Shown here in pieces: positions 41,299 to 50,222 of a stretch of 64,000 nt of DNA. The notes beneath the pieces were generated by a model. It was not told where the DNA came from and ran no database searches. It saw only the letters and a program-made list of their open reading frames with translations. Each line of letters starts with the position of its first letter. The first letter of the stretch is position 1. Made by a program: the position numbers and the translations under genes. This stretch comes from a virus: positions 1 through 64,000 of the IMG/VR virus record IMGVR_UViG_3300028198_000256; one strand, written 5' to 3'.

Positions 41299-41792
41299 TT
41301 AATAATACCGATTGTCTGTATACCATTTTCATCAGTATGAATGTATTTGTATCCTAATGACTTGAGCCATGCTATAAGTTTCTCTGACCCCACTTTATAA
41401 AAGAATTTATCCAATGTTAATCGTTTATTAGAAAAATGATATAATACTTCTTGTTTTAGTTTATCCGTCTTATCTGACTCTGGTTTAGGTGGGTTGTCAT
41501 TAGACGAATGACCATAGTTCTTACCTATACCATCAATGATATCTTTAACTTCACCAGTTCGATTTATCCTAATAACTGCAAAGGTATATTTCTCATTAGA
41601 CTTTGCATTAAATTCAACCTCTGACACTTCACCTTGATTTGCACCAAATTGATCCGCATATCCTTTAGCGTGTTCTTTAGACTGTGATATCCACATAATA
41701 GCAGACCTTGATTGTGATACAGTTTCGCCTTTCTTGTGACCTCTATACCATGTATTCCTTCCTTCATTTATAAACCGATTAAAACTTTTCAT
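41295..41792 (-). CDS. Protein with capsid-targeting-like leader, possible ADP-ribosyltransferase fold
   Basis: MKSFNRFINE; WYRG...WISQSKEHAKGYA. Confidence 0.6.
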   Translation of the reverse strand: MKSFNRFINEGRNTWYRGHKKGETVSQSRSAIMWISQSKEHAKGYADQFGANQGEVSEVEFNAKSNEKYTFAVIRINRTGEVKDIIDGIGKNYGHSSNDNPPKPESDKTDKLKQEVLYHFSNKRLTLDKFFYKVGSEKLIAWLKSLGYKYIHTDENGIQTIGIIK

Positions 41793-42211
41793 GGGTTTTC
41801 ATATCTCCCTTCAATATGAGCTTTAAGATCTTCTTTATTATTATTAATTAATCCACTATTTTCGTCAATGCTTTTTTTATTATTCATAGACTCCGCATCA
41901 TATATAACCTTCTCTAATTTTAAAAGATGTATCATTTCATTTGGTACATATCTCCAAACATAATCACCATCATCCTTAATAATAGAAAATACTGTTTGTG
42001 TCAATCCTATCTTCACAATAATCGCATCTGAATCATCAACCTTTACTTTATCCCCTTCCCCAAATGACCTATTCAAGAAAAAGGAAATCCCTTTAGCAGC
42101 AGATGATAAAAAATCCTTTACCCATACCGCTATAATACCAGCCATTAAAACTTTAACAATTGGTATCATATCATTTGTTAAAGAACCAATCAACCTCGAT
42201 TCATCTATCAT
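41789..42211 (-). CDS. MscS-like small membrane protein
   Basis: TM segment, FGEGDKVKVD..AIIVKIG, VPNE. Confidence 0.6.
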   Translation of the reverse strand: MIDESRLIGSLTNDMIPIVKVLMAGIIAVWVKDFLSSAAKGISFFLNRSFGEGDKVKVDDSDAIIVKIGLTQTVFSIIKDDGDYVWRYVPNEMIHLLKLEKVIYDAESMNNKKSIDENSGLINNNKEDLKAHIEGRYENP

Positions 42212-42228
42212 ATATTATTTCCCTATAA

Positions 42229-42447
42229 TTACCAGTTATTAACTGGACACGTAGCACGTTTCATTTTAGTTTTCATTTTAATAACACAACCACATTTACC
42301 ACATAATTTTACCTTAGCAATCGATGTCATTATATGTTCACATTTTGAACATATTTCAAGTCGTTTCGCAACAACCTCATCTGATGCAACTACATCCATA
42401 TAAATTTTCCAAGCATAGAACCAACCAATGCCCATAATATACAACAA
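42229..42447 (-). CDS. Small Cys-rich protein
   Basis: RLEICSKC...CGKCGC..K....ATCP..W. Confidence 0.7.
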   Translation of the reverse strand: MLYIMGIGWFYAWKIYMDVVASDEVVAKRLEICSKCEHIMTSIAKVKLCGKCGCVIKMKTKMKRATCPVNNW

Positions 42448-42639
42448 AATATAACACCTAATATAATACCAATGCCTTTAATTTTTTCCATATTATTCTT
42501 CATTATAATATACCCCACTCCATTAATGTTGGAACTAAAAATATCATAGTTGTCTGTACTGCAAAAGCAAATAAGACTATTAATACCAACTCACAAAAAA
42601 TTATTAATTTCTTCTTCATATATCCACCTCAAATAATCA

Positions 42640-43080
42640 TCAACGATTTAATATCATTGGTAATAACCCAAATAATGCACCACCAATAATACAAAATCCA
42701 ATACCCCATGCGAAAACCGTTATAATCAATTCGGTCCTCTCGGCCTTCTTTTTCGCAATCATAATACGTTCTCGTTCGCGTGATTTCTGTTGTTCACCTT
42801 CGAACCGCAAAAAATCGTCCCACATCATATGGCGAGTTCGGATCATCAATTCCTTCAGTTGTTCTCTTTTATTTTTCATTGACTCTTGTGCCATAAACAA
42901 CTCAAGGTCAGATTCTTGTTCAGAACCCTTTCTTGCCAACTTGGCTTTCTTATCTATTTCTCGTCCAGCATCTGAAAACTTTGATAAGTGATCACCTAAT
43001 TCAAAAATATCCTTACCATGTGATATACTTTCGGCAATCACACTAAATGCCGCATTCGCTATAGCCAACTCAGCTAACAT
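42640..43080 (-). CDS. Conserved phage protein with C-terminal TM
   Basis: MLAELAIANAAF, SDLELFMA, MWDDFLRF. Confidence 0.7.
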   Translation of the reverse strand: MLAELAIANAAFSVIAESISHGKDIFELGDHLSKFSDAGREIDKKAKLARKGSEQESDLELFMAQESMKNKREQLKELMIRTRHMMWDDFLRFEGEQQKSRERERIMIAKKKAERTELIITVFAWGIGFCIIGGALFGLLPMILNR

Positions 43081-43127
43081 ATTATCTCTCCTTTTATTAT
43101 TATTATCTATCCATGATAAAATATTAA

Positions 43128-43340
43128 CTATACATTCACATCAATATACTTCCCCTTTAATATATCCATATATGTCTGTATTTGTGCATCCTTAATCTTA
43201 TTTCTAAGAGAATTATCTACCGTTTTAGTATCTGATACATGCTTAACATCTGGTATAGTTCTTGAAACGACACCATTAACTACCTTATACTCATTAGGCA
43301 TACTTTGAAAATATACTTTAGAATCACCCTGTATATACAT
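43128..43340 (-). CDS. Hypothetical protein
   Basis: 70-aa ORF. Confidence 0.5.
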   Translation of the reverse strand: MYIQGDSKVYFQSMPNEYKVVNGVVSRTIPDVKHVSDTKTVDNSLRNKIKDAQIQTYMDILKGKYIDVNV

Positions 43341-43791
43341 CGTACTTCACCCTACCTAAAGAATCGTGATACGACACTAACGATTCACTACGATTAGAAT
43401 CTAAATTCCCCTTACACGATACGTGTATCCACCCAGAGTCATCATCACCTTCAGTATGAAACTCTAAAATCAATTGATCGAACTTACAATTAGTAATAAT
43501 CCAATCTGCAACAAGCTTATTACTAATACCCCTAACTTCTAAATCAACAGCCTCGCCTAAACAATGTTGTGACCTAGCAGAACCACCCACAACCTTATTT
43601 AATTGTTCTGACCTATATCCAGAATTAATTCTGGTTGGTCCAAATTCATCTCTAACCAATTGCACCACATTCTCAAAGAGATTAGTAATAATGGGTAATA
43701 ATGCCTCTGGTGGCTGATTATCTATATTATTACGTCTAGCAGTATATGACCGTGTATATTCGGACATACTAAAATTCTTAGTTATTTTCAT
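43324..43791 (-). CDS. Peptidase M15A family (candidate endolysin)
   Basis: NSGYRS..LN..VGG...SQHCLGEAVD, DQLILE, WIHVS. Confidence 0.9.
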   Translation of the reverse strand: MKITKNFSMSEYTRSYTARRNNIDNQPPEALLPIITNLFENVVQLVRDEFGPTRINSGYRSEQLNKVVGGSARSQHCLGEAVDLEVRGISNKLVADWIITNCKFDQLILEFHTEGDDDSGWIHVSCKGNLDSNRSESLVSYHDSLGRVKYDVYTG

Positions 43792-43979
43792 ACAACCCCC
43801 ATTAATAAAATATTGTTTGTTTATCCCCACACGTAACTATGCGATAAGAAACATCAGATAATGATACAAAACAAAATTCAGATACCATTACCATGAAAAT
43901 AAACAATACCACCATAAGAATGAAAGTGGCTATATATTGTGTTCTATATGTTCCCCATCGCATATCATGTTACTCCCTA

Positions 43980-44408
43980 CTAATTAATGTCAATAGTACG
44001 TCTTTTTTTACTTTCAGGAACAATACGCTCCAGATTAATAATTAACATACCATTCTCCATTAAAACATCAACTATCTCAATATCAACCGACAATGTAAAC
44101 TCTTTATTAAACAACCGTCTTGATATACCATGATGTAAATAATCAGTCATATCTGTCTTATGTTGTTGATCATTAGATTTTATTGTTAGTAATGAATCAT
44201 AATATTCAACTATAATATCGTCTTTTGCAAAACCAGCTAATGCCAATTCAATCTTATACTTATCCACATTCACCCTAACTATATTGTAAGGTGGATATTT
44301 AGAAAGAGCTTGAGAAGTAGACAACTCTTCTAACTGTTTCATTGCACGATCCATACCAATTGATATCTGTGAGTATGGAAATATAGATGGAAATTTTGTA
44401 TTTGTCAT
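43980..44408 (-). CDS. Small heat shock protein Hsp20 (IbpA-like)
   Basis: YPPYNI, IELALAGF, YLHHGISRR, MENGMLII.LERIVPE; start taken from the AAGGAG RBS. Confidence 0.95.
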   Translation of the reverse strand: MTNTKFPSIFPYSQISIGMDRAMKQLEELSTSQALSKYPPYNIVRVNVDKYKIELALAGFAKDDIIVEYYDSLLTIKSNDQQHKTDMTDYLHHGISRRLFNKEFTLSVDIEIVDVLMENGMLIINLERIVPESKKRRTIDIN

Positions 44409-44476
44409 AATAGACTCCTTATAAAAAAGCAAGTTAAAAAAATGTGACCCCTTATGGCAATCACATTATATTTATA
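44409..44476 (-). promoter_or_regulatory. Late promoter TATAAATA plus a ROSE-like thermometer 5'UTR of hsp20
   Basis: TATAAATA at 44469-44476; ATGTGA..TCACAT hairpin; ACUUGCU pairing with AGGAGU with a bulged G. Confidence 0.65.
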
Positions 44477-44495
44477 ATATTATAAAATTATAATA

Positions 44496-44825
44496 TTATA
44501 ATAGTTCCTTCAATCCTTCCTGATTAGATTTACTCATCAACGGAATCCAATCCTTCATATCTTCAAGTAATTCTAAATTCTCAAAATGCCAAGTGGTGTG
44601 TGAACCATCTTCAAAAAATAAAACACGAACCATAACATCATCTTCAGATGTAACCATACCAACTACACCATATTTAGAATCAGATTCATGAACAGGAGTT
44701 ACTAAAGCACCAACATTACCATTACCAACAACTTCAAAATCTAATTCAGGAACTGTCAAAACAGGCACCTTTGTTTCTACCTTCTCTATCTCTAATTTAA
44801 ATCCAAACCAATCAAATAATTTCAT
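44496..44825 (-). CDS. Hypothetical protein (SH3-like C-terminal part)
   Basis: 109-aa ORF. Confidence 0.55.
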   Translation of the reverse strand: MKLFDWFGFKLEIEKVETKVPVLTVPELDFEVVGNGNVGALVTPVHESDSKYGVVGMVTSEDDVMVRVLFFEDGSHTTWHFENLELLEDMKDWIPLMSKSNQEGLKELL

Positions 44826-44933
44826 TATTATACACCAAATCTAATTGTAAACGTAACAATCATATACAAAATAAAAATAAACATAAACAACAAAGTCCAA
44901 TATATTTTATACATGAATATACAACACATATAT

Positions 44934-44997
44934 TAAAAAAAATGGGAAAAGTGTAACAATTAATACATACAACTTATATATCATTACCTTTTCCCAT
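44934..44997 (-). terminator. Long-loop hairpin with U-run downstream of the MoxR ATPase
   Basis: atgggaaaag...cttttcccat, followed on the minus strand by a T-run. Confidence 0.5.
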
Positions 44998-45019
44998 AAA
45001 CACACCCTCGGAGAAAACC

Positions 45020-46174
45020 TTATCCTACTTCTAAATTAGTATTAAATGGAGCATTAACTTCTTCTACATCATCAGTAGTACTTGATGCATCAAACTTAGT
45101 ATACAATTCCATGAAAGTATTTTTGGTATCTTCATCAAATCGTGAAATGGCTAAGTTAATAGACTTCATACGATCTTCAAAAATTGCATATGTCTGAACA
45201 ATATGTCCTAAACGACGAGTTGAAATAACATCATCAACACCATCATCATAAAACGTCTTACGAATACCATCTGCCCATGACACCAACAGTTTAGCAAACT
45301 CTACATCAACCTTACCAAACGCCTTCATGTGGTTCATTAAAATCTTTTCTTCAGTAACAACTGGAGCAAATGGTTGTTCTACTGTAATCGTGAATCGTTC
45401 AAGAAACGCCTCATCAATAATTGTAGCAGCAGAGAACTTACCAGATTCAGAACCTTGACCCTTTGTGTTTGCAGTAGCAATCACATTAAAACCACGTTTC
45501 GGTTCAATCAATTCACCAGTTTTCTTAATAACAATGGGTTTACCCTCAAGAACACCTTGAAGAGCCATAATCTTATTAGAACCACGGTCAATCTCATCAA
45601 TCAAGAGAATGGCACCAAGTTCCATAGCCTTTACTACTGGACCTTTTTCAAAAACAGTATCACCATTAACCAGACGGAAACCACCAATCAAATCATCTTG
45701 ATCTGTTTCTGGTGAAATCTGAACACGAATGAATTCACGTTTAGCATTAGCAGCAGCCTGTTCTACCATCATAGTTTTACCATTACCAGACAAACCAGTA
45801 ACAAAGATAGGATAGAAAAACTTTGATTTAATAATCTTCAATATGTCTTTATAAGCACCCCACTTAACAAAGTTAGGATCTACTTGTGGAACATATGACG
45901 TTTTAAATACAGGTAATGGTGGTTGTTGAACACGTTCAACAACTGGTTCAGGACCAACAGTATTAACAGGCAATACTGGTTCACGTTTTAATGGAACCAC
46001 CACACCAGTAATATTATAAACACCATGACTAACCTTATCCAATCCTTTATTAACACCTTGTCCGTTAGCATAACCAATTTTTAATGCAGCCTCGGACAAT
46101 TCCTTTAATGTATATTCATTTTTCTCTGGGTTTTCTGATAAAAGATAATCTTTTACCTTTTCAACTTTATTCAT
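45020..46174 (-). CDS. MoxR/CobS-like AAA+ ATPase
   Basis: GLSGNGKT, ETDQDDLIGG, LLIDEID, ATANTKGQG, EAFLERF, ISTRRL. Confidence 0.92.
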   Translation of the reverse strand: MNKVEKVKDYLLSENPEKNEYTLKELSEAALKIGYANGQGVNKGLDKVSHGVYNITGVVVPLKREPVLPVNTVGPEPVVERVQQPPLPVFKTSYVPQVDPNFVKWGAYKDILKIIKSKFFYPIFVTGLSGNGKTMMVEQAAANAKREFIRVQISPETDQDDLIGGFRLVNGDTVFEKGPVVKAMELGAILLIDEIDRGSNKIMALQGVLEGKPIVIKKTGELIEPKRGFNVIATANTKGQGSESGKFSAATIIDEAFLERFTITVEQPFAPVVTEEKILMNHMKAFGKVDVEFAKLLVSWADGIRKTFYDDGVDDVISTRRLGHIVQTYAIFEDRMKSINLAISRFDEDTKNTFMELYTKFDASSTTDDVEEVNAPFNTNLEVG

Positions 46175-46186
46175 AATATACCTTTT

Positions 46187-46327
46187 TTATTTAATTTGTT
46201 TCTCAATTTCTGAATCTTCTAATGGAATTTCAGTAACGGTAGGGTCAGATGACGAATCATCCGCAAACCAACTGGTATATTCTTCATTAATCTCTTCAGC
46301 AGTAATAAACTCATCAAAATCAAACAT
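46187..46327 (-). CDS. Very acidic 46-aa protein (not in track)
   Basis: MFDFDEFITAEEINEEYTSWFADDSSSDPTVTEIPLEDSEIEKQIK. Confidence 0.55.
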   Translation of the reverse strand: MFDFDEFITAEEINEEYTSWFADDSSSDPTVTEIPLEDSEIEKQIK

Positions 46328-46344
46328 TTCTTTCACCTTTCATA

Positions 46345-46415
46345 ATTAAACACAATAACCCCAACCTTCATATGTATTGTCTCATACTTTGATATAAAAG
46401 TCAAGCTTTATTTTA
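46345..46415 (-). promoter_or_regulatory. Repeated early promoter cassette, copy 2
   Basis: TTGACT (46399-46404), 17 nt, GACAAT; GTTGGGGTTATTG leader. Confidence 0.8.
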
Positions 46416-46640
46416 CTTTATTTCATCCATTTTTTCAATCTCTTGTTTAATCCAAATTAAAGCAAGATGTTCAGTATTTTCAATAAACGCCTCATCCGAA
46501 ACAGGAGAAGGCAACACAGACACCATCCATTTTATCTTATCATATGCAGACATAAGCATATCATCTGAAATGGTGAATTTAGACTTCTGTTTTCGTTCAG
46601 TCTTAATAATTTTAAGTACAGTTTCCATTGGTATAATCAT
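46413..46640 (-). CDS. Hypothetical early protein
   Basis: 75-aa ORF. Confidence 0.55.
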   Translation of the reverse strand: MIIPMETVLKIIKTERKQKSKFTISDDMLMSAYDKIKWMVSVLPSPVSDEAFIENTEHLALIWIKQEIEKMDEIK

Positions 46641-46758
46641 AATAGATCCTATAATGTTAAGTATAATTCATTAACGTAAGCCACCCTAAGTAATACAATT
46701 ACCGCAGTAACAGTTATTAATTTAGTAACCAACACCTCTATAATCACAAGTAATCTTT

Positions 46759-47046
46759 TCATCTCATCTCTTCTCTATAATTATTTTTAGCATATAACAC
46801 ATCAGGATAAACATCAGCAACATCATCTACCATAGTATCATCATATGGTTCATCATCAGTTAAACCCATCTCATATAGACTCTGTTCAAATGCATCCAGA
46901 TCAATAACTTCCTTTGGATTATAAACCCTTAATCGTGCAATGAAATTCCTTTTAATCAAGTCAGTAGTAGATACTTGACGATAATGATTTGCCGCAGCAT
47001 CCTTCATCAACATTTTCAATTCATTTTGTATTTCGTAATTATTCAT
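46759..47046 (-). CDS. Hypothetical early protein
   Basis: ORF with an acidic C-terminal half. Confidence 0.55.
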   Translation of the reverse strand: MNNYEIQNELKMLMKDAAANHYRQVSTTDLIKRNFIARLRVYNPKEVIDLDAFEQSLYEMGLTDDEPYDDTMVDDVADVYPDVLYAKNNYREEMR

Positions 47047-47064
47047 AATATAGGTTTCTCTCAA

Positions 47065-47232
47065 TTAATGTAAAACTTTCTTTGTTTTAACATTGGTGGA
47101 TAATAATGAACGATTTTGTTCATATTCATTAGCTAGTGCAGAATACACTCTATCCCATTCATTAGGGGTAACATCATTTAAACGTCGTTTAGTATTTGAT
47201 TCAAGTGTAACTAACTTTAATTGATTTTTCAT
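47065..47232 (-). CDS. Hypothetical protein (55 aa, not in track)
   Basis: AAGGA RBS; MKNQLKLVTLES..DVTPNEWD. Confidence 0.5.
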   Translation of the reverse strand: MKNQLKLVTLESNTKRRLNDVTPNEWDRVYSALANEYEQNRSLLSTNVKTKKVLH

Positions 47233-47240
47233 TTTAATCC

Positions 47241-47501
47241 TTATTTAGTAGTATTTTTCCAAACTAATTGACTAAAAACAGTAACATTGTCTTTTTTAAC
47301 ACGGAGGGTTAATGGTAAAAATGGGTCAGCAACCATATAATATGTAATCTTTACCCATAACCATTTTAGATCTAATTTCTCATTCTTATTCCACTCATTA
47401 CGAATCGCAATAAGTTTCTCTTTAACAATTTGAGCTTCTGGTATAGAATTATAGGTCATTACAACCTTTCTTTCAGAAACAAACTCAACAACAATACTCA
47501 T
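47241..47501 (-). CDS. Hypothetical early protein
   Basis: ATG follows the GGAG of the promoter cassette. Confidence 0.6.
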   Translation of the reverse strand: MSIVVEFVSERKVVMTYNSIPEAQIVKEKLIAIRNEWNKNEKLDLKWLWVKITYYMVADPFLPLTLRVKKDNVTVFSQLVWKNTTK

Positions 47502-47595
47502 AATAAACTCCAAAAAATAAACTCAATAACCCCAACTCACAGTAATATTATCTCATACTTTTATATAAATGTCAAGCTTTATTTTCATTTATTTT
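47502..47595 (-). promoter_or_regulatory. Repeated early promoter cassette, copy 3
   Basis: AAAATAAATGAAAATAAAGC-TTGACA-17nt-GATAAT-ATTACTGTGAGTTGGGGTTATTGAGTTTATTTTTTGGAG. Confidence 0.9.
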
Positions 47596-47951
47596 CAAAA
47601 ACCTGTCCATTGTATAACATCAGGCATATTAGTAAGAACATTACCACGATCAAAATTACGTGCCGGTGATGACCATGATGCAGCTTTAAGGAGATCTCCA
47701 TAAGCAAACTTCTTATCTTTTTTGGATATCACAATAAATCCCTTTACGGAACCGTTGTGTATCAATTTAACATAGTTTCTTCCTATCTTAAATTCGGTGT
47801 CAACCTTGTATTCATCATACCAATGCACCCACACCTTGTCTTTATTATGGGCATATTGGGCAATTTTTTGTGCTCTTTGTGCCCAATTGGCATAATCAGA
47901 TGCCATCTTATTAAGAACATTCTCAATTACTTCTCTATTCACTTCACTCAT
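47595..47951 (-). CDS. Conserved phage early protein
   Basis: GRNYVKL, GDLLKAASWSSPARN.RGNV. Confidence 0.75.
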   Translation of the reverse strand: MSEVNREVIENVLNKMASDYANWAQRAQKIAQYAHNKDKVWVHWYDEYKVDTEFKIGRNYVKLIHNGSVKGFIVISKKDKKFAYGDLLKAASWSSPARNFDRGNVLTNMPDVIQWTGF

Positions 47952-47966
47952 AATATACTCCATAAT

Positions 47967-48161
47967 TTAATAGTCAAGGGAAGAGTAATAAGCATCTAAA
48001 GCATACCAATATAAATCATTATCAAGAATCTCAATTTCCTCTTCCTTCATCTCCCTGACAATATCCTTAGCTACATCTAACTCTAAGTAAACATTATCTT
48101 CCTTTTCCAATCTCTCAATAACCCTTTTGATAACAATCAGATCACCTTTATCTATAATCAT
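47967..48161 (-). CDS. Small acidic early protein
   Basis: ATG follows the cassette RBS. Confidence 0.6.
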   Translation of the reverse strand: MIIDKGDLIVIKRVIERLEKEDNVYLELDVAKDIVREMKEEEIEILDNDLYWYALDAYYSSLDY

Positions 48162-48254
48162 AATAAACTCCAAAAATTAAACTCAATAACCCCAACCACA
48201 GTACTATTGTCTCATACTATGGTTATAAAGTCAAGGCTTATTTTCATTTATTTC
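48162..48254 (-). promoter_or_regulatory. Repeated early promoter cassette, copy 4
   Basis: TTGACT (48229-48234), 17 nt, GACAAT; same leader and RBS. Confidence 0.88.
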
Positions 48255-49187
48255 TCATAAAAAATCATCCAATGTTGATGTTTTCAATCTTTGTTCTGCA
48301 ATCTCAACATATTCAGGGGAAAGTTCACATCCAATATATTTTTTACCTAGAGATTTACTAACTATAGCGGTAGTTCCAGACCCCATAAATGGGTCTAAAA
48401 CAATTCCGTTTGGTGGACATGTAGTTGAAATTGGAGTTTTTATTAAATCCTGTGGGTATACAGCAAAATGTGCCCCCCTATATGATGTCGTTGCAATATC
48501 CCAAACACTGAACATTGGTCTTGTCGGGCATTTACCAGAATCTATTAATTCTTGATAATCAAAATCCTTTTTTATGTTTAAAGTTTCTCTCATTTTAGTA
48601 TAATGTTTATCTTGATTATCAGAAGATAAACTATACCCCTCTTTTACAGAAGCCTTAGCATCTTTTCGTTTATCTAAATTATTATCACTAAACATTCTAC
48701 GAACACTTACCTCAGCTTGGGGAATCACCATTTTACTTCTATCAAAATAATATCCCTTTAAGTTTTTTACAAACCAAAATATTTTTTCATGATTTGACCA
48801 AAATCTATCTTTTGCTGAGATTGGTTGTGGGTTAGGTTTACTCCAAATTATTTCATTACGAAGATACCAACCACGATCCGACATTGCAATTTCAAATCTT
48901 GACGGAACCTGTAAAAGTTTTTTATTATTATAAGTATCTCCAATATTCACCCAACAAGACCCAGTAGGTTTTAGCACACGATAAACTTCGTCAAATACGT
49001 TACACAAATTTTCAACAAATTCTGTTACGGAATCTTCTATGCCTATCTGTTTTTTGTTTTTATAATCACGGAGATTATAATAGGGCGGAGAGGTGATACA
49101 CATATCTACTGAATTATCTGGCAGTTTTCGCAATGATTCTATATTATCTCCAATGTGGATTATTCCAGTTTCTAGTAAATTTGTCAA
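48255..49187 (-). CDS. Beta-class N4-cytosine/N6-adenine DNA methyltransferase
   Basis: ITSPPYY, HFAVYP, VLDPFMGSGTT. Confidence 0.93.
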   Translation of the reverse strand: MTNLLETGIIHIGDNIESLRKLPDNSVDMCITSPPYYNLRDYKNKKQIGIEDSVTEFVENLCNVFDEVYRVLKPTGSCWVNIGDTYNNKKLLQVPSRFEIAMSDRGWYLRNEIIWSKPNPQPISAKDRFWSNHEKIFWFVKNLKGYYFDRSKMVIPQAEVSVRRMFSDNNLDKRKDAKASVKEGYSLSSDNQDKHYTKMRETLNIKKDFDYQELIDSGKCPTRPMFSVWDIATTSYRGAHFAVYPQDLIKTPISTTCPPNGIVLDPFMGSGTTAIVSKSLGKKYIGCELSPEYVEIAEQRLKTSTLDDFL

Positions 49188-49723
49188 ATTTCTTCTCCAA
49201 CTGCAACCAACTTGAACTTTTCATATGGGAACAACTTGTCGAATCTATTTTGAGTGATTCCACCACCCTTACTAAAAGTTCCCAACGATCTGGGAAAATT
49301 CTTTCGTTTAGCTTCCTTCCACATATCATAGATCAATGATGATGGAATTTCAAAAACTCTAAAGTCGGGAAACTTTCGTAAATCAAAAATAACATAGGAA
49401 TCAATAGCCTCCATTTTTGATTCCGTTTCCTCATGAATAATCGCCACAGCTCTATCACCACGACCAACACCTGTGGTGGTCGATGGACCAAAATGTGCAG
49501 AAACTTTCCACATATTTCTAACTTCAATTAATTTGTATTTGTAATGAGGGGCAACAACATCCCACTTTTTCTGTTCTTTACCCATTCTCTTACCTTTAAC
49601 ATATTTGGCAGTTTTATTTTCCGACCACCCAGAAAGAGTCACACCAGATAGAGATTCTGTGTATTCTTTCACCGACATATCATCTAATTTAGCATGAGAT
49701 TCAACAGGATATCTTTCTTTCAT
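49184..49723 (-). CDS. Putative restriction-endonuclease-like partner of the methyltransferase
   Basis: ATGA-type overlap with the MTase; E..., WDV...IEVR, F.PS..G.GR. Confidence 0.45.
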   Translation of the reverse strand: MKERYPVESHAKLDDMSVKEYTESLSGVTLSGWSENKTAKYVKGKRMGKEQKKWDVVAPHYKYKLIEVRNMWKVSAHFGPSTTTGVGRGDRAVAIIHEETESKMEAIDSYVIFDLRKFPDFRVFEIPSSLIYDMWKEAKRKNFPRSLGTFSKGGGITQNRFDKLFPYEKFKLVAVGEEI

Positions 49724-49743
49724 ATTTACCTCTAATTATAATT

Positions 49744-50127
49744 TTAAATTAACTCGTATGGTTTTTCCCAAGTTCCTATCTGCAAATCAATATAAAATGC
49801 AGTATGAAAATAGTCAGTCATAATGTCAGAATCATCAAACCAAGCTTCTCCATTCTCTGCATTGGCAGGTGCAGTCTTAATAATTTCAAGAATTTTATTC
49901 AGAACCTTTGCGGGTTTCTTTGACCAATGTTTATCAATAAAGTATTGATTAACTCCTTCATATTTCTCAGTAGGATCACGGAATTCAGAACGAAAGTCAA
50001 GATCAGACTTCAATATATTAACCGATACGGAATGTTGTCGTTTACGAACAGAAAATTTATACTTTGGGAATTCTTTCTTTAACTCTTTACGAATCTCTCT
50101 AACTTCTTCAGCACTTATATATGCCAT
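49744..50127 (-). CDS. Early protein (LPD29-like polyvalent-protein domain)
   Basis: IRKELKKEFPKYKFSVR, DDSDIMTDYFHTAFY. Confidence 0.7.
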   Translation of the reverse strand: MAYISAEEVREIRKELKKEFPKYKFSVRKRQHSVSVNILKSDLDFRSEFRDPTEKYEGVNQYFIDKHWSKKPAKVLNKILEIIKTAPANAENGEAWFDDSDIMTDYFHTAFYIDLQIGTWEKPYELI

Positions 50128-50222
50128 CTAACTTCTCCAATAATAAAAATAAATAACCCCAACTCACAGTAATATTATCTCATACTTTTATATAAATGTC
50201 AAGAACTATTTTCATTTATTTT
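50128..50222 (-). promoter_or_regulatory. Repeated early promoter cassette, copy 5
   Basis: TTGACA (50197-50202), 17 nt, GATAAT; core identical to copy 3. Confidence 0.9.

Noticed and set aside
45020-46174. cobS as a cobalamin-synthesis AMG
   Set aside because: This is the MoxR-type AAA+ ATPase common in T4-like phages; there is no cobN or other cob gene here.
47502-47513. Shared MEFIM/MEYIM N-termini of track ORFs as a protein motif
   Set aside because: Artefact of translating the repeated RBS region; the true starts are the downstream ATGs.
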